23,049 nt of DNA, from assembly GCA_000934665.2 (NCBI GenBank), contig JYFJ02001264.1, forward strand, positions 62,001 to 85,049, given 5' to 3'. The stretch comes from Catajapyx aquilonaris (Eukaryota). Positions within the stretch are counted from its first letter, which is position 1. Every line of letters starts with the position of its first letter. The notes under the pieces were generated by a model. That model had not been told where the DNA came from and ran no database searches. It saw only the letters and a program-made list of their open reading frames with translations. The position numbers were made by a program, and so were the translations under genes. This document shows, piece by piece, positions 12,169-22,736 of this stretch.

Positions 12169-13928
12169 GAATACTTTCACAGTACTCTTTATTCATAGGC
12201 TACATATTAGCCGACTATTCAGTAATGTCAAATTGCTGGAAATAATTGGCTCAACAAGTACCAACTGTCCCACAGACCCGGAATGCAAGATTTATCGATA
12301 TTTTGGAAGTGTTTATTTCAAAATTTAATACGATACGTACTACCGTATTTAATGCTTACAATACGTACATTTCTAAATGAGGCAGTAGACTTCCTTAAAA
12401 TTCCAAATAGGCCCAGTAACTTCATGCTTTTCCAAAAATGCTTTCATTATTTTTTATATATATAAAAAAGTGCTTAGCCAATGAGGCAGGGTGAAAATTA
12501 CGTATCAGTGCTGGCAAGAGCTGGTGCTGGTATCGCCATTCGGAAAATCATTTTTGAGGAGCTTACCATCTTATGCCGTCTTGTGTGACCGCCTTAGAAA
12601 AAGCTTGTAAATTTTTGTAATTGTAATTTCCTCCGGCCATCTCTTGTCCGACTAAATAATTCGGAGCATACTGAACAGCTCGAATATGAGCTTTGCAAAA
12701 TATTACTGGCACAATTTTGGAATATCATACTGTATTTTGAGTTTGGGCTTAATGTTTTTAAATTTTAAATTCTTAACTAATGGGAGCCATTGTTCTGCAT
12801 TATTTTACTGAATTTGACAAATGGAAAGCATATTAGGCTACTGGCAAATACTAACATTCGCTCACAATGTCAATATGCTATTGCGAAGGTAATAATCCGC
12901 ATTGAGTCAAAAACCTTCTTCTGCGGATTATTGTTCCTTTTGTCCCAATTGGAAAGTGTCTCAAACATCATGGAGGTTTACATTTTTGAAAACAGTTGCT
13001 AAGGTGAGAGAGGGTGAAAATTCTTCATGCCAGACGGCTTGGCTTGGCGCCTCCGTAAAACCAAACCATATCGACGTATAGATTTTGGCGTGTCCTGACT
13101 GCTAAGAAATTAGACAATGCACTATGAGTAGCATGTCGAGCTATAAAAGCAACAATGGAATAAGTGCCACATTATGGCGCACTATTATTCATATAGGATA
13201 TGTGTATTATGCAATGTTGTACGTATTTACACGTCAGTACATCGCGTGGCTCCTTATTAACCTCCACCTTGTTAGGAATAACGGCATTATTAATATTGAT
13301 GATTACACTACAATCAAGAAGTGGTTCCAAAGGAAAATTGACAAAAGGGGACTTACTACTTGTTTGTCTGCCCCTTGCTGAAATTGATCACAACTTCACA
13401 ATAGATGTCAAATAATATTGATCACTTGGGGTGACTGCTTATGCAATGTTCAATATCTTTGTGTATTAGCCTATTGTTTATCTTTATTTTCCCCTTCCTA
13501 TGCTCACGTATGAACTTAGATGTTATTTGCCAATGCGCGTGTTTACAGTTAAACGTGCCAAATCACTGCGTTATCTGGTATTAACCCAAACGGTGTAATT
13601 TTTGACATGAGATCTGCATTATTATCACATATTCTTCAATGACATAAAAACCTTCCGTGATTGTCCACCAAATTCCAATTAATGCCCATTGTGTTGACAT
13701 ATGGGGAAGAACTTAAGTGGGAGTAAGTTTTGCGAACCTCCATCAATATCACACTGTAAGTTTGTCACCTAACACTCTGAACACTTTCCCACTTATTTGT
13801 GAGTTTTAAAATGGAGCATAATTATTAATTCCACTCGTTTACGTCATTAATTTCGGTAGCCTTGGAATGACTTGTTCATGACTGAATGAAATAGTTATGA
13901 TTGATTCCCTGACACGTTTTCGTGAGAG

Positions 13929-14080
13929 AGTATTTATGTGGCTTTTCACGGAAACAGCGTCACATGTTACTTGCCAATATAGCAATCCATACTAAGCATA
14001 TGCATGGGCCATTGGGTCGCAGGTTGAACGTGTATAGTATACATATTGTGATAAGGCCAGCAGGACAGAACATAACCAGC
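13929..14080 (+). promoter_or_regulatory. Putative GR2 proximal promoter/5' UTR blocks conserved with GR3
   Basis: agtatttatgtggc-tttcacggaaa-agcgt-aca, ggccattgggtcg and cataaccagc recur in the same order at 16279-16432. TATTTAT is TATA-like. Function is inferred only. Confidence 0.45.
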
Positions 14081-14096
14081 ACAAGAGGAAGTAATA

Positions 14097-15778
14097 ATGG
14101 CTCATTCGAATCTAAAGACTAATAGTGGAGAAGTGAAAGATGTTTTTCCGCTCAAAAGGGCGTTCAAACCAATAGTTGTGTTGTCCACTGTTGGTGGGAT
14201 GCTGCCTCATCCATTCTTCGATAGACACGAATCCAGTGGAAATCGCAAGTATCGCTGCAGCAGACATTACTGGCCTGCTCTCCTCAACATATGTGCCTTC
14301 ACTTTCTACTACGTGTACTGCTCTGTAACGCCCCCTAGCTATTGGGCACAGCTACCGCATTTGGACCCTGTTACTCGGACCTGCTATTGCATCAGTTACA
14401 TTTCAAGCTTATTTCTACCCGCAGTCATATTCATACTAATGCAGAAGGAAGCAAAGGGCGTTAGTGGTCTCATAGACAGCCTTTCTTCTATCGAGTCAGA
14501 GCTATCAACTGGATGTAGCCAGTCACTTCGGAGGTACTCGTACCTGCTGGTCATTTATGGGATGTTTCTTCCTGCTGTCATGCTCCTGGGTTGGTTGGAA
14601 ATTCCCAAAGAAAGGGTCAGGCTCGAGCACTTGTTATTTCTTGCTCTGCTGACACACAGCAACTTCGTGATGAATATTCCGATCATGCAGGTTCTGTTCT
14701 TGGCCAGGGCGATTAAATTACACTTACAAGAAGTAAATGCCATTATTCATGCCACAGCCAATAAGTTGAAGGCAATGCAGCTGGAAATTCCAGATCAGGA
14801 TCAGGGCAGCAGCAAAGGACTTGATGTTGCCTGGAGGAATTTCATCGAGCTCTACGAAGTGGTTGAAGAGATTGGAAACATTTATGGACACAGTTTGACT
14901 ATCCGATATGCCGCGTTCATCTTAGATGTTACTGGCACTCTGTATTACTTGGCTTTCTGGGCTACATCTTATTCGGATGACTGGAATATAGCAGGATGCA
15001 CTTTTTATGCAGTTTGTAACATCGTCGCCATCGTTGTAACTACCACTGCCTTAGGGGAAATACCACTAACCGTAAGTTGAGATCGTCTTTGTAACAATTT
15101 CACTGACATTAATACATATTTTACTGCAAAGGCTACCAAGAACACTGGTGACATGATGCGTATACGGACATATTCTACCACCAGGGAACACAAGGATTAC
15201 GTACGTGTATTTTCTTATGTGATAACTATCACATAAGTAAAAGCTGCAATATATTATATTTACTATCATGTGAAACCTACACGTTTCTGCAGGCGGAGTC
15301 CATGCTGCAGCTGATGTTGGGGCCTCCAATTCAAATCTCAGCGTCTCATTTCTTCTCCATCAAACATGGGCTAGTGACTTCGGTAGGTCCAAAGTTAAGT
15401 CATAAGGTTACCGAATAAGACCAGAAACAAGATGTCCAAAATCTCGACGTCTCACCTAACCATATACCAAATGGTTCATCCTGTAACCGAATTAGACTTG
15501 TGGTAATATATTTGTCTCATATTTGACAAAGATGTCATCCCTGAATCCATTGCTTCACCATGTCTGACCTTTGTTACTCTGCCGAAAAATGGATATTCTC
15601 TGCAGATTGTTGATAATAATAATAATAATTTGAATATTTTCTTTCGCAGATACTGGTCACCATTACCACATATTTTATTATTTTGGCGCAGTTCAGGGGA
15701 ACTGAAAATCAGAAGCAAGATCCAGATATGAATATGACCCATTTCAGTGAAAATTCAATGGGAGACAATTTTGTTTGA
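14097..15778 (+). CDS. Gustatory receptor GR2 (7tm_7), intact, about 420 aa; exons 14097-15071, 15132-15200, 15293-15382, 15650-15778
   Basis: Multiple hydrophobic segments. Long first exon plus three short exons separated by phase-0 GT-AG introns, the classical GR architecture. C-terminal ISASHFFSIKHGLVTSILVTITTYFIILAQF fits the GR TYxxxxxQF signature. Confidence 0.9.
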
Positions 15779-16278
15779 GTTCATATAAACCTTTCATTTG
15801 TTCAATCATTTTTAGATTTCACTTATTTAAACTTATTTTTGCCCTACCTTCAGTAAACTCAAATCAATATACCAACGAAGTCCGTTCCAAGTTGGGCGGG
15901 TTAAATTGGGTCCACTGGTATAGCGTGGAAGTCTGCAGGAATAGTTCACATGTTAGTGGTTATGGAATTATTGCAGTATAAATGTCAGCTAGAAGTAATG
16001 GATGAGTAACGACCTCAAGCCAGTTTGAACAGGCTGTCAAGAGACGCAGACGGCTGAAGGTTTGGAGGGAAGCTACCAGTGTTACATTGTCATCATTCGA
16101 ATCAGCACTCGAACAAAGTGGCTAACAGGTCCAAAAATACCAAATCAATTATTTAAAGTCGGCATACAGAAATCGATGTACAGTATACTTTGACCTTCCT
16201 CCGCATGATGGGTGTCCTTGGGATGTCTTGTTTGTGTTTGAATTAAATAACTATAGCCTGTTCCTGATACCTATTTGT

Positions 16279-16432
16279 AGTATTTATGTGGCTCTTCACG
16301 GAAATAGCGTGACAATCTACTAATCGTAGCACAATCATGACGTGGCCATTGGGTCGAATGCTGGACGTCTAGGGCTGCAGTACACGAGTGCCAGGACACT
16401 CACAAATAAGTAGGTGAGAGAGCATAACCAGC
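16279..16432 (+). promoter_or_regulatory. Putative GR3 proximal promoter/5' UTR blocks conserved with GR2
   Basis: Same conserved blocks as 13929-14080, at a similar distance from the ATG. Confidence 0.45.
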
Positions 16433-16442
16433 GGAATTTATC

Positions 16443-17424
16443 ATGCCCAACCTAAAGACCAACATGTGGACTGGGAGAGTGAAAGAGATGTTTACGCTCA
16501 AATGGTCGTTCAAGCCAGTGGTTGTGTTGTCCACTGTTGGTGGGATGCTGCCTCACCCATTCTTCGAAAGACACGAATCAAACGGAAATCGCAAGTATCA
16601 CGCCAGACACTATTGGCCCGCTCTCCTCAACCTGTGTGCCTTCACTTTCTACTACGTGTACTGCTCTTTCAGAGTCCCTCCATATTTGGCCTGTATTCCA
16701 GATCTGGATGCAGTGTCCATGGCCAGCTTCTTGATTACATACTTTGCAGATCTTTTACTACCCGCACTCACTTTTCTATTAATTCAGAAAAAGGCAAAAT
16801 GCATTCGTAATATCATGGATCGCCTTAGCTCTATCGTGTATGAGCTGTCAATGGATTCTACCAGCAAGTCAATTAGGAAGTACTCGTACATACTGGTGAT
16901 TTATGGAGTGGTTGTTCCTAGTGCTTTGCTCTTCTCATGGTCCGAAATTCCTAAGGAAGCGATCCCGTTGGAGCACTTTTTATTTCTTGTCGTGATGACC
17001 CACAGCAACTTCGTCATAAATATTCCAGTGATTCAGGTGCTTATTTTGGCAAGGACAATTAAAATGAGCTTAAAGGAAGTGAACATTATCATACATGACA
17101 CGTGCAATGGGTTGATGGCACGGTCCGGGCAGATGTTAGGCGAGGGTAGCAGCAAAGGACTTGATGTCGCCTGGAGAAACTTCATCGAACTCTACGAAGT
17201 GATTGAAGAGGTTGGAAACATTTACGGACGTGTCTTAACCGTCCGATACGCAGCATTCTTCTTGGACGTAACTGGAGTTCTGTATTACTTGGCTTTTTGG
17301 TCGATTAATGCATCGGATGACTTGAACTTCGCCGGAAATTGTTTTTACGTCATGTGCAACGTCGTTTCCATCGTCATAATCAGCACATCCTTAGGTGAAA
17401 TATCAATAACGGCAAGTGACATCT

Positions 17425-17482
<58 letters not shown>

Positions 17483-18445
17483 TACACAAAAAGGGCCAGT
17501 GCTTGGAAATTCATTGCATTTCTGGGCCAATATGAATGCTTCCATACAAGCTCATTGTTGCTTCTCATTGTTAGGCATTGTTTGGAGTTTGAAACTTTGA
17601 ATATATTGTTTTAGTCAATAAATAAATTTTTACATACACACATACACTGTCATGAACGTCGCAAGCTGTGACCCCACCTGAGGTAGAGGTTTAGGAAACT
17701 ATCCGTATGCGACACTGGTCACTAACTCCAAGATTTTTACAGTAATTTTTATTAATCCTAATTGAAATGTTTTCTGCACAATAAAGGCTAGAAAAAGTAT
17801 CGGCGATCTGATGCGCATACGCACTTGCTCTGCCAGCAGCGTACAGAGAGATTACGTAAGTACTTATGCGTTGACTGTAGGGCAACTGCAGAATCAATAT
17901 TGGTTCGATGTACTGTTTCCTTGTTAACACTTTCGAAGTAACATCATTTACGTTTCTGCAGGCGGAGTCCATGCTGCAGCTGATGTTGGGTCCTCCCATT
18001 CATGTCTCAGCATCTCACTTCTTCTCTATCAGACACTCTCTGGTCACTTCGGTAGGTCATCGGCATACGTATAGGGTGATGAATTGCCCAAGGCCACATT
18101 CCAATAAATAATAGGTACGGAGGGGAAAATTATGAAGACGAGTTTAAAGAGTAGCGAGTGTCACTTAATAGTTGTTAATATAGAGCTTATTTTTGTGGTT
18201 TCTATAGGGCAAACAACTTCTTGAACTGTGGCCTTGGATAGTGCACCACCCTGTGTGTCATCAAGCTACACACTGGCAATCTTTCTGCTCAAAAACTTGA
18301 ATTATCTCCTTTGCAGATCCTGGGTAGCATAACTACATATTTTATTATTTTAGCTCAGTTCAGGGGAACTGGAAATCAGGATTCGTCAACGGAGGTGAAC
18401 GGTTTTAGTGAGAATTCCACGGCAGCCAGTGAATCTACCCTCTAA
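16443..18445 (+). CDS. Gustatory receptor GR3 (7tm_7), apparently intact, about 418 aa; exons 16443-17411, 17787-17855, 17962-18051, 18317-18445
   Basis: Paralog of GR2 with TYFIILAQF. The intron-1 donor is ACG|GCAAGT (GC-AG) at the position homologous to ACC|GTAAGT in GR1 and GR2. The other introns are GT-AG and all are phase 0. Confidence 0.87.
17428..17481. repeat. (AAT)18 microsatellite in GR3 intron 1
   Basis: Directly visible. Confidence 0.98.
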
Positions 18446-19099
18446 ATAGATAACTTAGCTTACGATGTATTTACGTACCATTATGCGTTATAATTAATTT
18501 CCTTTCTTTTCATTATTTTTTGTCATTCTTATATGAAATTATTCCTGGCTCAAGATGCATCTCTTATGGCTCAATGGCGCATGCAGAATTTTCGTTTAGG
18601 TGGTGGTGGTGGTGATGGTGGTGGGGATTTGTCGGACGTCAGAACTGTTAGCGTTAGGGCCGTATATATACACGTAGTTGAATTTGTAAATTGTATTACT
18701 TCTCTTGTGCCCTCCTTTGACACCTCATTGCCATCCCCATGAAAACGAAGAAATATATTAAATTAAGTTTTACTGCAAAAAATGTCTCAAGGTCTAAAAT
18801 CACTATATTCTTGGCATGTCCCGATCTAATTTTAAAGCATGTTATATTTTCTTACAATTTTATCATTAGACAAGTTTAAATACTACAATTAAATTGTACA
18901 TAGTTCATAGTTGAAGGTATAAAACAACATTTTTAAAACGATTTATTCATCTGACATGACCTTGCTGAATCACTCCAAAGTGTGTCCCGAGTTTTACCGG
19001 AAATAAAAAGTTCACACTCCTGGCTCATTTTTCTATGTCACAAAATAGCTTAAATGTTTTGAAATGACTGTGATTCCATGGCATGAAGGGATGTCATGA

Positions 19100-21013
19100 A
19101 CCCACAGAAATTTTCAGAGTCAACGTTTGTTCTGGACCTTGATATTAATGCGAAGACTTTCTTGCAAAAACCCCATAAGTCACTGAACATGTGTAGGGTC
19201 CTTGTTCCCACCCAGCTTCACACGAATTACTCCAAACAGGTGTTCCAGAGTGTCCTGATTTAGCCTACAACAATGCAAATGCCGTACATCTGGAAAAAGT
19301 TGCAACTCGGACCACAGCTCTGGAAGGACTTGCAGTGTTAACTTCCACCCTTTCAGACAGTGTGAGATCAGCATTTATCCTCTTTTGGAAATTGTACCTG
19401 TCCTTGTGTGCCATCAGGTGACTGTAATAAGGAGAGATGCGGCTGAGCTCCTCCCTCTTACTCTCATGCTCCTCGCCTGCTTGGCCGTAACCTCAGAGCA
19501 ATAGACATGCTGTTGTTATCACCAGTCCGAGTATCACTTACTGAACCCAGTATTTGGACCCATGAGCTAGCCAGGTGTACTGTACTGCAGTTACGGTACG
19601 GTATGGCATGGGTCCGACAATGGACCTGACAACAGTCAGGTTGCCTCCTCATTCCAAGAAATTTCCAGTTGTTCAAAGATTCTCTCACTTGTTGCCAAAA
19701 AGCAAGATGCATTGAATTGTCCCTCAATGCACCCTTTGCTGGCTTCAAGTTATCATACAGCTTAGAACTATTGACAGAATCAAACAAAGTATCTAACTCC
19801 AGCCACTCAGCAGTAAAGGCTGCTTCTGGTGGTAGGCAATTGAGGCCCACATATGGCTCCATTGCAGAGGCCATGGAGTAGCTCAGAACCTGAGCTACCA
19901 AGCGTACTTTCACCTTTTTCTGGTGGGTGGGCAACAAATGCAATGGTGTAATGCATGTCAGCAATCTCCTCGCAGACTGCTTGGCATCATGCTCACACAA
20001 GGTTTCAATGTACTTCCACTTCACAATACGCCCACGGCCCACCACAAGACAAATCATGTCCTCTTAAATTATTTCTGAGGTTTTTAAGTAAATGGGGGGA
20101 TCGTGCATGAAATAGATCTTTTCATTGTTGTGAACAATGCAAGGAACAATGTATGGACTCTGCAAGCTGATGCCAAACAAACTAAAGGCCCTCAAATTAC
20201 TTGAACCTTGGTCAGAAATTACTACCTTCACCTTCAGACCTATGCTGGAGATCTTTTCAATGCAGTCCTGCAACATCTTATGTAAATCATTTCCTGGCAT
20301 AAAACTTGCACTGAAAAAATACCCCAGCGGTTGTTTCCACTTCTCAAAGAGACCTTTAGCCATTAGCACAGTTGCCTGGTTTGCCACAGACCTACACTGA
20401 GAAGGAACAGCTGATGGGCTTGCAAAGCCCTCCACGCAGTCCTTGGTTGGGTTGTATGAAAGGCCAGATTTTATACGCATTTCATCAACAACAAGCACAC
20501 ACACTTTGTCTCTCTCTGCCATTGTGGGTATTTTCCTCTCCAATGCCTCAGGACCACAGGTAACAGTCCTGACTGCATGGGAATACAGGAAAGCCAACGC
20601 GGTAGAGTTCTTTCACTGGGTACAGTACAGGTTTGGGACAGTTGTCTATAGGCTGCTGGACTGTGATAAAACATGTCTAATGAAAACCCCTTGTCCTTGT
20701 CACTTCACCTTCGACCCTTAGGTTTACAAGTGGCTAATCGTGGTCACCCTGTCTGCAAAGCGCTGTGGTAGGTACTTGTTTGAAAGTTTAAGCAGTTCTT
20801 GGTGCTCCCAACTGTCTTCTGCTGCAGCTGTAACCCTCCATCCACCCAGTCATTTTACTGTTTTGTCAGCTTGGTAGAGCCTCCCTCGCACTTGTCTCAG
20901 AGTCGTCCTCATCCTCATCAGTCGGCGGCACGTCCTGGGTGTTGCACGACTTGGTCCAGTGCTGGGAGGATTTTCATCTCGACTGTTGCATGCTCCTCGT
21001 TTAGTTGAAGTTA
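19100..21013 (-). mobile_element. Degenerate P-element/THAP9-superfamily transposase (pseudogene)
   Basis: Minus-strand motifs in order: KPKGRR*SDKDK..MFYHSPAAYRQL..PSERTL, CVLVVDEMRIK, KWKQPLGYFF, VISDQGSSN, HDPP/HLLKNLRNNL, KVKVRLVAQVLS, LDTLFDSVNS, PDC/LKGWKLT, RLNQDTLEHLFGVIR..GGNKDPT. There is a stop at 20705-20707 and several frameshifts. Ends are approximate and no THAP exon was found. Confidence 0.9.
19361..19631. mobile_element. Solo-LTR-like insertion (271 bp), probably Ty3/Gypsy type
   Basis: Ends TGTGAGATC...GACCTGACA (imperfect inverted repeat, TG...CA), flanked by the direct repeat ACAG at 19357-19360 and 19632-19635. Removing it restores the transposase frame (QPDC|LKGW). Confidence 0.8.
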
Positions 21014-21466
21014 CTGAAATTGTGAAATAGTTCAATTGACTCTGTTTTAACAAAGGTCTATCTATCAAGTTGGAGTGGTTGTGAACCTCCCTCCGCTAGG
21101 GGAAAACAGCAGCTACGCCATCTTGGCGGTCCCAGCCAAACTTCTCAGTGTCGCTTCCCGTTCTACCTCTTCCCTGGTGACTCCTATGAAATTATTTTTG
21201 TACTGAACAGGATTACTTACAGCAGAGATTTTTGGAAAGTTTTTCTCTAGGATATGACAAATATTTTTTGACAGACTAGTTTCTGCTGAATTGCAGATTA
21301 CTTTTTACAATAACACCGCATAATATGGGCAAAATGGCCTTGCTATTTTTTGCACAGACCAACAGCAACTGGGTCAACGCTCGTGCCATCCGGCCAAAAG
21401 CAGTTAATATAAAAAAGATAAGATGTTAATTATTATCTTCCTCTACTTCACGGGCTATCAACTGAC

Positions 21467-22262
21467 CCAGACTGAGTTTTTCTTCTCCACAATCCAGGAT
21501 GGAAGTGCAATTCCAAAGCTCATGGCTCCGGGTCTGTCTGGGTTTCCATACCTCTCCCAGTTCATCCTCGCTTCCTCATCAGTTAATGCCCGATAAGCTG
21601 CAATCGCCATTTGTTAGTAATAGTAAGGCCGATCAAGTGAGATTAAAAACTGGACTAACCTTTGGTCAGCTTCATGAAAGTCTTTTCGTTGCCAGTCTCC
21701 TTATCCGGATGGTAAATCAGCGATAGCTTCCTGTACGCCTTCTTAATCTTGGCTTGCGATAAACTTCGTACAATCAGAATTCGCAGGGATTGAAACGGAC
21801 TTACAGGATCCACATTGAGTATTTTGTATCGTTGAAGTTTGCGTGCTCATAGTCAAACTGCGCCACTTCGTACGCAATTGCGAAGAAAACCAGCCAGCCA
21901 AATATGAGCAGGCCATACCTGAAATTACATATGTAAGCACCAATTGCTACGTAATTACAGCCATATTCATAAGTAGTTATCCGCTTTGTCCGCTTCTTCG
22001 GCTAGACCCGTAGACGTATTTCCGTCCTTCTGTACGCATCCTTGACACTTACACTCGTCCTTTTTCCTCTCCGGATCTGCCAAAAAGTGCAACATTACCA
22101 CACTAAATTAAACCCTTTTCGTACAGTGCGTTACCTTCTTTTTCATCTCTTCGCGGCCACAGGCCACAGATAGTACGTGCCTGGAGCCAAGATGAGGAAG
22201 GAGAGCACAAAGTAAACGAAAGTGTTTCCACTCTCGTCACACTGGAACTTCGGTCCTCCCAT
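21467..22262 (-). pseudogene. SEC63: Unprocessed, truncated SEC63 (ER translocon J-domain protein) pseudogene; exon remnants 22262-22135, 22076-~21975, 21918-21805, ~21760-21660, 21597-21467
   Basis: Minus-strand translation gives MGGPKFQCDESGNTFVYFVLSFL..PGTYYLWP; DPERKKDECKCQGC; YGLLIFGWLVFFAIAYEVAQFDYEHANFN-YKILNVDP; SQAKIKKAYRKLSLIYHPDKETGNEKTFMKLTK; AYRALTDEEARMNWERYGNPDRPGAMSFGIALPSWIVEKKNSVW. GT-AG introns are retained. Lesions are a 7-bp duplication (CTGTGGC) in exon 1, a 1-bp loss in exon 3, a damaged exon-4 acceptor, and no downstream exons. Confidence 0.92.
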
Positions 22263-22736
22263 CTTCCAAAACCAAGTATGGAAAAAAGGACATTAAATAT
22301 TTATTTACAATCTGGTTTAAATTGGCGCCCATCTGCATTTCTTTCCGTTGGTTTGGGCATTCACTCCGTTGTGATGGATTCAGACTATTTCTTCAGACTG
22401 ACCTGATTTAAAACCAGGGCTGTTTTTTTTCTTCTGAAGCGACGGCCTGATGCAATTTCTGTCTGAAATATTGAAGAAATACGCACGTAAACACTTTGTT
22501 CATCTATCGAGGCCTGGGAAGGCCTGGCCGAGCTAAGGTGACTAGATAGAAAAGGTGGCGTCAACCTTTGAAGTGAGCTGTGCCGCCAACGGGGCTCTCT
22601 GATTGGTCCAGCCCGTTTCCTTTCCCGCCACCGGCCATTTTGGGTCGAAACTCCTTCGCCCTCTTCGCGGGAAAGCATGTCGGAAGCAGTGCGCTGGTGT
22701 GGTCAGTGAGCTCCCAGGCAAGAATAATAATTCATT

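Noticed and set aside
11968..12180. 70-aa ORF of poly-N/I/M
   Set aside because: It is a translation of the (ATC)n(ATT)n microsatellite, not a gene.
12500..13800. Possible transposon fragments and short ORFs between GR1 and GR2
   Set aside because: No matched terminal repeats or protein motifs could be established.
17380..17568. 62-aa poly-Ile ORF
   Set aside because: It is a translation of the (AAT)18 microsatellite.
692..18445. Functional link between the N-glycan mannosidase and the sequon-bearing GRs
   Set aside because: Adjacency in a eukaryotic genome is not evidence of co-function, and no shared regulatory feature was seen.
18572..18627. CAATGGCGCATGCAGAATTTT plus a G-rich tract, resembling a hAT-like DNA transposon end
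   Set aside because: No partner TIR or TSD was found in the window, so it cannot be supported.
19361..19631. Possible intron in the P transposase
   Set aside because: The boundaries are TG...CA with a 4-bp duplication rather than GT...AG, so an insertion fits better.
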